This document shows, piece after piece, positions 24,433 to 36,676 of a stretch of 64,000 nucleotides of DNA. Each line of letters opens with the position of its first letter. Within the stretch, counting starts at the first letter, position 1. A model generated the notes under the pieces. It had not been told where the DNA came from. It worked only from the letters and a program-made list of their open reading frames with translations, and did no database searches. The stretch spans positions 693,401 through 757,400 of the forward strand of contig BDGG01000007.1 of the NCBI GenBank assembly GCA_001949185.1, given 5' to 3'. This stretch comes from Ramazzottius varieornatus. Its lineage: Eukaryota; Animalia; Tardigrada. A program made the translations under genes and the position numbers.

Positions 24433-26958
24433 ATGTCGCCGCACACCGACGACGGCGATTTTATTGAGGATGGCAACCTGCAGGAAGATTATACAGACAG
24501 GAAGAAGATGATCAACCTTGGGTGAGATTAGCTGCTTCATCATTCTTGGCAGTTTAATTTTGGCCACTCAATCATGCGTCGATACCATTGATTGCTTGAC
24601 GTCGTTTGTGCGCATGTGCATGTCTCTAATGCCAAGCTTTGGCCCATACCGAGCCTCATTATCGGTGGGCTTTCTTCAGTCTTCAAGAAGCTGGTGCATG
24701 CGTCGGTGCGGTTCAGCATGTGCGCTGTGGAGATATGCATATGGAAACAGAATGATTCTTGTCCTGTGATGGATGAGTGCTTGTCGATCGATCGATCACT
24801 ATCGTTTAATTTATCGTTTAATTAGTCTCCTGGCATCATTGCAGGTACCGTCGATTATCAAATGGAGGAACAAAGAGCGCCTCACCTCCTCCGCCGCATG
24901 CCATCAGCGGATTCTGCCGAGCCCACGTGTACAAGGCGATGGTTGTCGTCATCGGCTGTCTGGTCCTCTTTGAATTCTCCAGCATGGTCCTCAGCGACCA
25001 ACGCCAAATGTGGCTTCCGTCTTTCCCGGGGTATCATTACGCCATCCGCCAATGGAAGGCCAAGGTCTTTGATCCACGAGTGCTTTCATGCAACGGGACA
25101 GGCTGCTGGGATCAGTTCGGCAGCATGTATGAGCTAGCAGAGAATCGAAGCGACACCACGGTCCATACCCCTGCTGTCGCCAACCGAACGGTCCAAACGG
25201 TCCTCATGTCTCTTCTCGGTATGGATACCTGCCCTCTAGTCCCTCCCAACCTTGTCGGTGCCATCCGCGTCCTCAGCGAGAAACTTCCGGAGGAGGACAT
25301 TGTCAGAGCCAATACGGGTCTCCAACCCGGTGGACGCTTCCGGCCGTCGCACTGTCTCGCTCGACATAAAGTGGCCATTATTCTACCGTATCGCGATCGC
25401 CCCGAACATTTACGTAAGACGAAACACCGTCAGCTCTTTTTCTTGACACTGTCTGTATTGACTTTTTCTCAAATGTTTTCCGACACCTGACACGATGGGG
25501 AAAAGTTTTTGTTAAAGTTGATTGATGAGCCTTGATTAACCGAACTTTCAATTCATGTTTATTTTATTCCAGGTATTTTCCTGAACAACATTCATCCAAT
25601 TCTGCGTCGTCAACAGCTCGACTACGGTATTTTTGTCGTAGAACAAGCTGGTCTGACAAAGTTTAATCGAGGTACGGTGAGAAGCACGACGAAGAAAATG
25701 TTTCTTTTTGACCGATACCGCTGTTGAGTGAAAAGTCAATCTTGACGTCATTTTGAATTTTGCTGAGTGACATTTTTCTATTGTTTAATGATTGTTACGA
25801 TGTTGGCAGGTACGTTGATGAATGTGGGGTATGTGGAGGCCAGGAAGTCGTACGACTACGACTGTTTCATCTTTCACGATGTCGACCTTCTGCCCGAGAA
25901 CGATCGGAATTTGTACTCGTGTCCCGGCCTTGGTGCGCGCCACATGTCGGTGGCCATCGACAAGTTCAACTACCACCTTCCCTACAAGACCATCCTCGGC
26001 GGCATCTCGGCCTTCACTGACGCACAATTTGCCAAGATCAATGGCTTCCCCAATATTTACTGGGGCTGGGGTTGGTATAGATTCGAACAGATCTTGGAGT
26101 CGGATGTCGTTTTTTGAGCTCTTCTTCGGCCAGTAATAGACTTATTTACTTAGTGCATCACGCTAAACTTGAAGTACCACTGAGCAAACAGAGCGCAGTC
26201 ATCCGCGAAAGATGGCTTGAAGAGTTCTTTCCGAAAGATAAACACCACTTCACTGACGATTTTCCGATAACAATCAAATCCTCTTTGGGAGATTTTTGAG
26301 ATTTTTCTCCGATTCTCAAAGTAGAGAAATGCTTTTTCGGAAAACGATTTTTACCACTTTTGGGAGGTGACAGCTTGGCAAACAAACTCAACAAAATCTT
26401 TCTGCGAGCTGGCTCACGCTTCTAGCCAATAGCGCTGATGACGTGATCCACCTTGGATAACAGTCGCAGCTGACAGGATCGTGTTTCCACGAGTGGCGCA
26501 CACCTTCAGCCTCCAATATCGAAAGTGTGCGCCACTTGGGGAAGTTTATGTGCCAGGCTCCCAAATAAGTGAACCTGTAGTTCGTTGTAGATCTTTACTT
26601 TTATATTTTTTGTCAAGGAGTATCTGTATGTAAAAAAGCAAACTTGTTTCTTCAAATTATTTTTGTCTCTGTTTTTGCAGGTGGCGAAGATGACGATCTG
26701 TCCATCAGAGTTCGTTCTCACGGGTTCAACATTACCCGCTATCCCGCCGCCATCGCTCGCTACAAGATGATCAAGCACGATGCTGATCCCTCCAATCCTG
26801 CCAACCCCGTCAGATTCGAACTGTTGAAGTTCGCTGCCAAACGCTTCAAGTCTGATGGGCTGAACAATCTCAAGTACAAACTCATCGATTCCCAACTCCG
26901 GCCATTGTATACCTGGTTGTTGGTGGACATTGGCTCGCCACCTGACTCTCGACGGTGA
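24433..26958 (+). CDS. Glycosyltransferase family 7: beta-1,4-N-acetylgalactosaminyl/galactosyltransferase (bre-4-like)
   Basis: KVAIILPYRDR, FNRG, FIFHDVDLLPE, RHMSVAIDKF, NGFPNIYWGWG|GEDDD and SDGLNNL motifs with a type II TM. First exon 24433/24508-24521 splices in frame to 24845. Confidence 0.93.
26371..26563. repeat. Intronic modular palindromic repeat, copy 4
   Basis: Same family, in the last intron of the GT7 gene. Confidence 0.75.
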
Positions 26959-28003
26959 TCCTCTCTGTGAAGAAACGAAAGAAAGATGTAACTTTATCCG
27001 TAGTTCCTTTTCGTAGACTTTCTTTATGCTTTAGCCTGAATGTCGGCTGTCGCTTTTCCTTTGATGTTGTACCAAAGCGTCCGAGAAATCCCCTCTTTGT
27101 AGACCTTCACTTGGCAGTATTCTTTCCCCTCTGGCACTCCGCTATTTCCTTGTCTCTCTTTTCTTTCTCCTCTCTAAATTACATTGCGGTGCGTGCTTCG
27201 GCCTTCTGTCAAGCACGACTAAACCTCCAGTTCCTCGATTTTTGTTTTGAAGATTTAGTTTATTGGATTGACCGTTATTTGGTCTCCTACACGCTGTTCC
27301 TATTTTAAGATACAGAAGATTCTATTATGTACTCTGATTAGTTCTACTCACTGCTTTTTCGAATGAGAGACGATTATAAATCAATTGGAGTCAATGTATC
27401 GGAAGTGAATCTTTGTACGGAGGCGCCATCTACAAGAGATCCGGTTCGTAGGATTTGCGCCGACCAGAAGTAGAATCGTGAATGGTGACGTCATGGTTCA
27501 TGCACCTATGGTCCTCTTTGATTGGCTTGATTTGATTACGGATATGGCCGCAATCTGTGTCGTCACTTCTGTTGAGCCTTTGATTGTAGTAGATCAGTCA
27601 CCAAAGGTTATGGCCTGATAGTGCATTCCAGCGCTGGAGTTGAAAGGGGTGCGAGCATCGCCAGGTTGATCAGCTCGATTCCATTGGAATCTTGCTGGGT
27701 TCATTCGGCAGTCGCCAACCTCTTCTTTGGCCACTCACTTTACCGCGATGCCATTCCCGACACCCGCAGCTGGAAACTTTTTTCCTTCCCATCCTTCAAG
27801 CAGACTTTACGTCTGAAGGATTCTCTGGATGTCGGGATCTTTGTACTGTTGCCTTTTTCTTTTTTCGAGCTGATTTTCTTTGCAGGTGTTAGCACGAGTA
27901 TTCTTCGTCCGGAACAAGAACGTTGGATTAGGAGCGTATTCGGAGGCAACTTTTCCCTTCGCAACCTCATCCCCCTTCTCCCCATCGTATCTCCACCCAA
28001 ACC

Positions 28004-31000
28004 ATGCCAGACCACACCGATGGAACTCCACAGAATGCTGTTTCCGGATCTGCTGGAAACCAGAACCAACCTTCTCGACCAATCAACTATGCCGCAGCCA
28101 CTAAGTAAACCTGTTGCAGGAATATTGTCACAACTCACGAAGCCTGGTCCATAAATCCATTCCTGTTCTGTGTCTGCTTACAGGAATGGTCTAGGAGATC
28201 CTTCAGCAGTCACAAGTCGCAGTGGGTCAGTTCAGAGTGTGGAAACGGCCAAGCCGTTGGATGGGAGATCGCCGCGTGGTAATAATTCTCGACAGAGTCC
28301 GAAAGGATCATCCACAAATCATTCTGAGGTGAGCCTAACATTTCTGCTATCCTTGGAGACGCTCTAGTTTAATCAATTTCGCTCTTTTGGTCTTGTCAGT
28401 GGCTGTATGGTGTGGTTTCGTTCTTGTCGTAGCAGCGCAATGGACCGGTGATGTCGCAGCAGAAGGTTAACTCCCCCAGTGATAAATTTATCCAGTCGAT
28501 CATCCCGTCCATTGTAAGCGCTACCTTTCATTTCTGTGTGGTCCGTACTTGCTCATGTTCCTCCTCTTACTTTGATTCTGCTTTGTTCGACATCTAGGGA
28601 GCGGATACCGAGGTAGTCACCAGCAACGGCAGCCGAATTGACGGTCTTTTCCATTCCGTGAACAATAATGTATGTCGTAAGGAAGGAAATCAAAATATGT
28701 TGTTCGGGCCCTTTGGGGGGGGGGGCGGCTGAGTGCAACATATTTTGGGCCCCTAGGTGTGAAATCTGGTTTTAATTGCCGCCCGGGCTCCCCTGGGGGA
28801 AAATGAGGTCATAGGGGTTTTTGAGGTTCTGTTTTGCTATCCGTTAATTTACTTCCGCTGACGGTCCTCTACCAGAAATTTTTGTAGGATCGTAAACTCG
28901 GAAGACGTCTAGTGATGCTTGTTTCTCTTGGTTTAGGGAGATGTGGTGCTGCAGGACGCTGCGTTAACCAACAGGATGGGCAGTTTGTCTGCTAGTGGTG
29001 CCGAGGATATTGTCGAACGCGATGACCTCTACTTGGTTAGCAAAAACGACTTCGTCGAAGTTTTGATCAAAGATGTCAATTCCTACCCCTCTCCGCAGAT
29101 GATGCGGGGCTATGACAGAGGTGTGAAACTGTTCTTCGGGCTTTTGTGGCAAGAATTTCTTTGGAGAGCGTATTCTTTACTGATTGACTGTGGTTTGTTA
29201 GCAGGTTTCGATAGCCCGCAACATTCGCACTCGTCCGCGCCACTTGAAACGGACGAGAATCTGGCTCGCGCTTCTCACGGAGGCGCTGGTGGAGCTCACA
29301 GAGAACTGGAAGAATGGAACGACAACTCCGTGTCGTTCCCGACAAATCTGGGAGATGACATAGATGACGTAAGTCGGGAACATGAATTTGCGCCGCTGAT
29401 TCGTTCCAAATGGAGAAACAGCAGGTAACTACATTTCTGTGCATAACAACGTGAACTCATTCCAGGGACCTGGTTATGATGTCGAGACCATGTTCAGAAA
29501 GAACGCGATGCTTTCCGACAAGAAGTCGACTTTTGATGACGAGATGACGCAGTACACGTAAGTATCAACCAAAGTTTCCACTTTTATGTTTGGTGTTTCC
29601 GGGCTTCGTCAGTTGGAGTTCGCTAAACAGTCTCGACAACGCCGTTTTCGCAAGTAGCGCGTACTTCCAGTCGGTAACGGTGCGAACGTGCGCCACTGGG
29701 GAAAAGATAAAGGGGAAAAGACAAAATCCTTTTAAAGTGGCGCACACTTCTAGCCATTAACTGAAAGCATGCGCCTCTTGGGCAAACTGGACAGATCGCT
29801 TTTCCAAGTGGCCCACATTTCCAGTCAATAACATCGTAAACGTGCGCCGTGTGAAGCTTGTTTGCTGGGCTCCCAGTTCATGAACTCAGGGCAAGTATTC
29901 AAGGTATTGAAACCTCGCTATTTTTACTTCGTAGAACTGTCTTGAGGAGGGAAAACTCAGTAGAGTTTCAGCAACGGATGCAGCGAGCTGGCCGCATAGC
30001 GAACGAAATCGAAAGAGAAAAAGCAAAAGCCAAGAACCGCGGGAGAGGTCAGATCGACCCGGAAGAACGTGATTACGCCGACGAGGAAATGGTCTTCAGC
30101 GGTGTCCACCGTCCTGATCCCCGCCAGAACGGCCCTCCTCCTCCTCGCAACGCCTACGCCAACCAAGACGCTCGTTCCAGCGCTCCTGCACGCTACCCTC
30201 CTCCCAACAACAATAACAACAACCGTCGAGGCAGCTCCGATATGCCTTCTTTCAACTCCAACAAACCAGACTCTAACTTTCCTCGTTCCGACAGCTTCCA
30301 GAATGAACGAGGCCGTGCTGGGCACAACCCTGCCGGAGTAAAAGACACCCTGCCTTCACAATGGCGCCGCAGTGAACCTCCGCAGCCTCCTTCCGCACCT
30401 TCACCCATCCGGAATCCACCGAGTCTCCCTCCAGTTAACCAAGCTGCGCAAAGTTCTCCTCCTACTGTGGCTTCACCAAGACCTTCACAACAAGCAGTCA
30501 AGCTACCACAACAACCACAACAAGCTGCAACCCCACATGTCAAGGCCGTGCCAGAAGCAGGCCGGCCGACATTCGTTCGGGAACCGACGAGTTCAACCAG
30601 TCAGAATGTCCCAGGTCCATCTCCGGCCAATCAGAACGTGTCGCAGCAAAAAGCTCGGCCTCCTCCTGTCACGCAGAATATTCAGTCTTTCAACGCTGGC
30701 GCAACAGTCAGTCCTTCTGTTCCTTCTCCAGCGTCCTCTCGCGAGCCTTGCAGTCACAAACCTCCGCAAAATGCTTGGCAGAATCAACGAAGAGGTACGC
30801 CGACGGGTGATGGAAGTAAGGGACAGGAAGGTAGGGAAAGTCAGTCCGTCAGAGCATCACTTCCGGTCCAACGGTCGGATGCTTCTCAGCAGCAGCAGCA
30901 GCAGCAGCCGCCGCCGTCTTCGAGGCCTCCTCAGCAAGGTGGACAGCAGCCTGCCAACCGACAGGCGTCTAATAGTAGCTCGCAGGAGAAGTTTGAGAGT

Positions 31001-33866
31001 AACAGTGGTGGACAGAGAAAGAGTCAGTCTGGTGAGAGAGTGGAAAGGAATGATGGAAGGAACTCAGGGAATCAGGGAGGATGCCAACAGCAGCAGCAGC
31101 AAGCTGGATCTGGAACTTCTTCGGGAGATGAACGAAGCGCGGTCAGAAGGCAGGATAGCCGACAAGATGGCGGAGGGAAGGAGTACGGAAACCAAGGAGG
31201 ACAACAGTGGATCAACTCAAATACCAGCAAGACGTTCGTTAACTCTAACGTCGTCCAGAATCAAAGTAAGGTTTTTAGTGTTGCGTGGCCTTGCATTGGC
31301 CAGTCTGATGTGCTCAGGTTCGTGCTGAGCCACGGCTCTGTTGGAGTTTCGACAGTTTTCTACGGTTTTTCCAACGATGAAATTCCGGAATGAGCAGTTC
31401 TGATTGATTGTTGATTATGTTGATTTACTTCCTTGTCTGATTCCAGATGTTCGAGGCAACTATCAAGGCTCGCGAGGTGGGAATCGCAACAACAATAACC
31501 GAGCGGACAGGGACAACTATCAGCCGCGAAGCAAGAATGCCTCGCCTTCGGTGATTCATAACGAGAATCGAAGCAGGGAAGGCAGTGGATCCAGACGAGA
31601 ATCGGTGGCTTCGGCTGATCGAGAATCAACCGGAAGTCGAGGCGGGCAGTTCGAAGGAAAACCCGCGGAGAACCCGAACCTGAACCAAAAGAAAGATAAT
31701 GAGTAAGAATGTGTTTGATAGGAAAGCGGTGATGATTGTGATGTTGTTGCAACCGGAAGTAATATTGTTTGTTTTGTCAGGCAAAAGACCAAGGATACGA
31801 AACTCAATCCGGACGCGGCTGAATTTGTACCAAATGTGAATGCTCCAGAATTTGTTCCCAGCTTTGCGGTAAGTTCTTTTTAATTTCGTTCAAAAAAGAA
31901 GGTTTCTGCCGGAAAAGAAGAATAGCTAAGCTTGATTTCTGTCGATCCAATAACCAAACATTTCTGGTGTAGTCTCAACTTATTCTCTTTTGTAGATGTA
32001 GTCTCAACTTATTCTCTTTTGTAGATGTAGTCTCAACTTATTCTCTTTTGTAGAAGATTGAACAGCAGCCCCACAACCGAACTTCACCTAAGAGGATGTC
32101 TTCCGGCGAGAACCTCAGCATGGAACAGCAACAGTTCGCCATGCAAATGCATCAGGCGCAGACTATGGTCGCCTACCAGCAGTTGTGCCAGCAGCAGCAA
32201 CAACAACAACAACAGTTGGCCGCTTCCCAGGGTGGACCTGGCCCTTCCATCAGCCCCACCAGTGAGTTGAATGTTCTTTTACGAGTCTAAAAGAATGAAT
32301 TTTGATCTTATTAAGTTGTTTGGGACTAAGGCTAACAAAGTCGATAAGGTCGCTTTCCTTAGTGGCGCACGCTTTCAGCTAATGACACTGACAACGTGCG
32401 TCACTTGAGAAAACGATTATGCACAATTGCTGAGTGGCGTACGTTTTCATTGTTATTCGCTGGTCGCGTGCGTCACTTTGAGAAAGAATTCTTGCCCAGC
32501 TTCCTTTTCTGTTTTATATTCTCCATTTTGTTTTCTGTAGATGCGATGATGATGATGTTGGGGCCACAAGGTTCTTACGTCTCGCCAGCACCCAACCCGC
32601 AGTACGCCGGCCAGCCCATGGCTCCTCAACAAGCCATGTACGCTGGTGCTGGACAGAACAGCGTGGGTATCACGCAAGCCCAGGCCTTTCAAGCAGCGCA
32701 GATTGCTGCTCAAGCTCACCAGCAACACCAGCAGCAACAACAGTCTTTCCAGTCCGTCTCGCCCAACATCCTGCAACAACGGCCTCCCAACTTTGCTCAA
32801 ATGCCAAACTACCCTAATCAAGTAAAGCTTGATAAAAATCATGTGATAAAAACTCGAAAGAAACGCCCGAAATAATTCTGAAAATTAAATCAGATATTTA
32901 TTTCATTTTTCTATCGTTTCAGGTGTATCAAGCTTACAGCAATCCCGGCCAAGCTCCTATGATGTTTGTGTCACCCGGCTATGGTGGACAAGGCGACCCT
33001 TTAATGAGTAAGTGAGAAACAAATTTTACATCTGCTCTATGTTTCGATGGGAATATTTTCGGCTGTTTTTTTCTTCCAGAGGGATTACTTGAAGTCGGAA
33101 ATGCATTCTTGTTTGTTTTCGTAGTTCCTACAACACAGATGCAGTACATGTCCCCGCACCTCCAGCAGCAGCTCCAGAGTAACCCTATGCTTTACCAGTT
33201 TCAAGCTCCGCCTACTGGTCCTTACCAATCAGCTGGACATCCGGCCGGCTTCCTCCATATGCCCGCTCCTCCACCTTCCGGCTATGCACAGTACATGCAA
33301 GCCGCCCAAATGCAGCCTCCGGTATGTTTTGCTTCTTACTCTATCCAAGTTGTAATGAACGGAGAATATTGTGAATATTTTTGAATATCTGCGAGCTCGG
33401 TGAACGAACTTGATATGATCATTCCAAGTGGCGCAGGCTTTCAGCCAGTAACACTCGAAACGTGCGCCGCTTGGGTACTCGACAAGGTTGTTTCCCAAGT
33501 GGCGCACACTCTGTCAATAATACTGTACGCGCGCGTCACTTGGGAAAACAAACATGATAAGATCCTTTTGCCAAGTGCCGCACGCTTTCAGCCTACAACA
33601 GTGGAAGCGTACGCCACTTGGGAGACAAGCTTGTCGAGGTTGTTTGCCGAATTTCTGTTGCACAACGGTTCACGAATGTTTTGCAAATACGTTGTACATC
33701 TTGTGGACGATCTCCCTGTTTGTAGGTGATGAACGGTAACGGTGGATATCCGAACATGAATATGCCGATGATGGCGCCACCTCCCAATGGAGGACCTAAC
33801 CAAGGCATGGTACAGCAACATATGCAGTCGCGCGGTGGTCCAGCGAACCAACACGGTGGTCAGTAG
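28004..33866 (+). CDS. ATXN2: Ataxin-2 homolog (LSm, LsmAD, PAM2, Q/P-rich C-terminus), multi-exon
   Basis: LSm fold GADTEVVTSNGSRIDGLF..GDVVLQDA. LsmAD-like GYDVETMFRKN..STFDDEMTQYT..QRAGRIANEIE. PAM2 KLNPDAAEFVP. PolyQ runs. ATG 28004 (MPDHTDG..), stop TAG 33864-33866. Confidence 0.88.
29614..29874. repeat. Intronic modular palindromic repeat, copy 5 (3 modules)
   Basis: Same family, Ataxin-2 intron. Confidence 0.8.
31968..32054 (+). repeat. Perfect 29-bp x3 tandem repeat of a 3' splice site
   Basis: tgtagtctcaacttattctcttttgtaga repeated three times. Confidence 0.95.
32322..32502. repeat. Intronic modular palindromic repeat, copy 6
   Basis: Same family, Ataxin-2 intron. Confidence 0.75.
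33390..33657. repeat. Intronic modular palindromic repeat, copy 7 (3 modules)
   Basis: tgcgagctcggtgaacgaact ... ttgtcgaggttgtttgccga termini with three ccaagtggcgca..cgccacttggg modules, last Ataxin-2 intron. Confidence 0.85.
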
Positions 33867-34599
33867 AAAGCCTTTCCTTCCAAAGAAAAAACTGAACAAA
33901 GAGAAAAGTAAGATATTTTAACTGTTTGAAGATATTGCTTTTTTCGCTCGTGCATTAACTTCTGTGGAGTCTTGAGGCTGTTTGCTTTACTGGTAACGAT
34001 TTTCGTCTGATGAAAAACGTTTATTTCTGGAGAACAACGAACAGAATGCGGTACGCGATAAGGTTGGGTAGAGTTTAGAACAGGAATACGGAAGTGTAAA
34101 AGAAGAAGGTGCTTGCTCTTGTCCTTTCTTGTCGCCATGCGGTGAAGTGGCACGAGCAGCACATAATTTGGGCGGTAACGTTCAGTTCCCATCCTCACTA
34201 ATACGCTTTGACCAGTCTCCAGCAAGATGCCCTGTCTTTGCCAACCCATTTTTTGGCTTTGAGTGGGGTTGGCGTGTTGGCAGCGTGATACTCTAATGCG
34301 GTATCCACAATATACTGCAAGTATTCGCTGCATCCGCGCAGTAGTGAAGTACAGCCCCGGTCCACTTTCACGGATCGCAACCCCCTACGGGGGGTGCATC
34401 GTCATGTGGGCTCAGGATGAGACTGTTGTCTAATTCATCTGTACTCGTCAACTATTTTTGGGTTTCAAAGTTGATCAGTGCAAACACTAGGGGTGAATTA
34501 CGTATCCGGATTAGCTGCCATTTGTGGTCGTCGTTGTCAAGATTCATTTTTCGAGCCACAAGCCGTCACTTCCGCGGCGACAAACCGCAGCCAAGTGCG

Positions 34600-36350
34600 G
34601 GAATTTCTCACTTTGTAGGTGCCACAGCTCTGGGATGACAGTCGGTCTCTATTCCATCAACTGGCGTAGACGATCGATAGTACTACTTTCCACGTCATCG
34701 CATACCAGAAGCCGGCCTCTGTTGTACAAAAGGCGGCTTTGCGGGTTTTCTAGCCTGCTGATGAGAGCCGCCCTGTCTTCTGTAGGTCTCGACACCAACT
34801 AGACAGAAAAAGTACCAACCTTCCAGGTTCCGATAGTTTGTTCGCTTGAGACCTTCGGCTTTGTTGGCTGCATAACCCGCGTTCTCCGCCGACCCACCAA
34901 CATGACTGTCACATAGCGTGTTCACACGGCTAACGTACCAGACTAGGGCCTTACCTTCCTTCCAAGGAACGAGCGTCATTCCATCAGGCCGCTTCCGTGT
35001 GTCGTCTCACTACACCGTTAGGATCGAGTACTGCGTGGGACTGACAAGTAACCAGAGCACGGCGCAGCGATTCGTTGAGGGCCGAGTGCCGACCAGCACT
35101 GTACCTACAGCTTAGTCCGTGTCTCCCGTAGACGTCAACAGTTACTGAACATCTACAGGTGTGCGGTTCACAGATAGGCGCGCCCAGTCTCAAACCTATC
35201 GAGATCCGCAGACTGTCGTCATCGAGAAGGTTCCCTAGGCAGGATGCTGGCAAGGCATTCAGCCACGCTCCCGACTCCTTCGTCGATACCGCCACCATTC
35301 TTGCCTTTTCCGTTAGCGAGCTTGCCTGCTGGACTTCGCTGAAGTTCCTTTCGACAATCGGCAAGTCCCACGTGCGCTGGAAGATGCGAAGGGCCGCCAG
35401 CGGGAGTTCAGTTCCCGACACCTCCATCCATGATGTCAACTCAGCCGCGCACAGTTCATCCAGGTCGAAGTCAGCATCCATGGATGTGACCAGTTGCTCT
35501 GCAGAAGAAATAGAGGCCAAGTAGGTCGAAAGGGCAATTTCTTCTGCTCGGCGAAGGCCGAGTCCACCTTTTGCGACCGGAAGGCTTGCTTGTTTCCAGA
35601 CCGGATCCGTCATTTCGGTGTTTGTGATCCCTGCGGCGCTGCTGCGAAGAACATCATCAAAGTTACGGAGTAAATCTGGAAATTTCCACACAGGACTACA
35701 TCGCTAAACGTATAACAACTTCGGCAGAAACAAACAATTCTTCAACAAAAATGGCGCCTGATGGGCAGCTAGTTTTCCTAGTCTTGATGCCATCAGCTCT
35801 GCTTGGCGAGTCCTCTCCTGTAAGACTGCTGCTACCGCCTCCGGAAGGACGGGAGCTCCAAGAAACATCAGGTCCACGCTGCTGAGGGGAGTGACAGTCG
35901 GAAAGATGGCTTTTGCGTACGACTTGGTTGTCAGCTGTTCCTTCTTGCTACCGCCAAAGATGAAGATCTCACACTTGTCCAAGTCCAGTTCAAGACCAAG
36001 ATCCGCACACTGATCGGCTGGAAGTCTTCAATTACTCTGTCGACATCCCCTCCAATTGTGGCATCATCGAGATACCAGCAGTTGAAGTCGGAGTTCAAGG
36101 ACTTGACAGGTCTTTTGTCACCAGGCAGAAGAACAGAGGTCCCAAAGGGTCTCCCTGCTGAACTCCACGAGCTGACTGAAGAACCTGGTTACCGTAGATG
36201 AGGTTGAAGGGCCGGCTATACATCTGGGAGGCGAAGTGAAAGTATTGCGGCATACCCTTCTTCACTTCCGCTAATAACCTGCCACGATAAACAGTATTAA
36301 AAGCATATCTGAAGTCAAGCTTCAGCAAAACTTGACATTCCGCGCCGTTT
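34600..36350 (-). mobile_element. Decayed non-LTR retrotransposon, CRE-like (RT + C-terminal CCHC and restriction-like endonuclease)
   Basis: LKLDFRYAFN, GVQQGDPLGP, WYLDD, QASLPVAKGGLGLR, GAWLNALP, CRC..HGLSC..RH and RPDGMTLVPW..G motifs. Several frameshifts, 5'-truncated. Confidence 0.85.
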
Positions 36351-36676
36351 CTTTACAAGAAGAGGCAAGCTACGGTAACCACGTATATGCGAGTCGATGT
36401 AATCAACCCGTACTGAGTATGCATATACGAAACATCGCTGACCTCGCATCGGAGTACCTTCTGGGGAAACACAGATAACGGGTGCGTTCGTAGATTTGAC
36501 ATTGATAAGCTGCCAGGCACGTGCGGATGGTCAAAGGCGTCGAAAAATCACTAGAAACATAGGCTTAACAAGTTAGCCAGAACGCATCTGGATCTGCGGT
36601 GCTTCAATTAAGCAATGCCGCTGAAATATGGTTCCTGAGCGTTGGCAGCGATTTCACATCTTTGATAGACCCAACC

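Noticed and set aside
27621-28154. 177-aa ORF upstream of Ataxin-2
   Set aside because: Spans the likely 5' UTR/intron; the frame that splices correctly starts at ATG 28004.
30372-31328. 318-aa alternative-frame ORF within Ataxin-2
   Set aside because: Expected stop-poor shadow of a low-complexity exon, with a non-ATG start.
33390-33657. CRISPR-like reading of the palindromic module arrays
   Set aside because: Eukaryotic intronic context, only 1-3 degenerate units, loops and spacers related to each other rather than unique, no cas genes.
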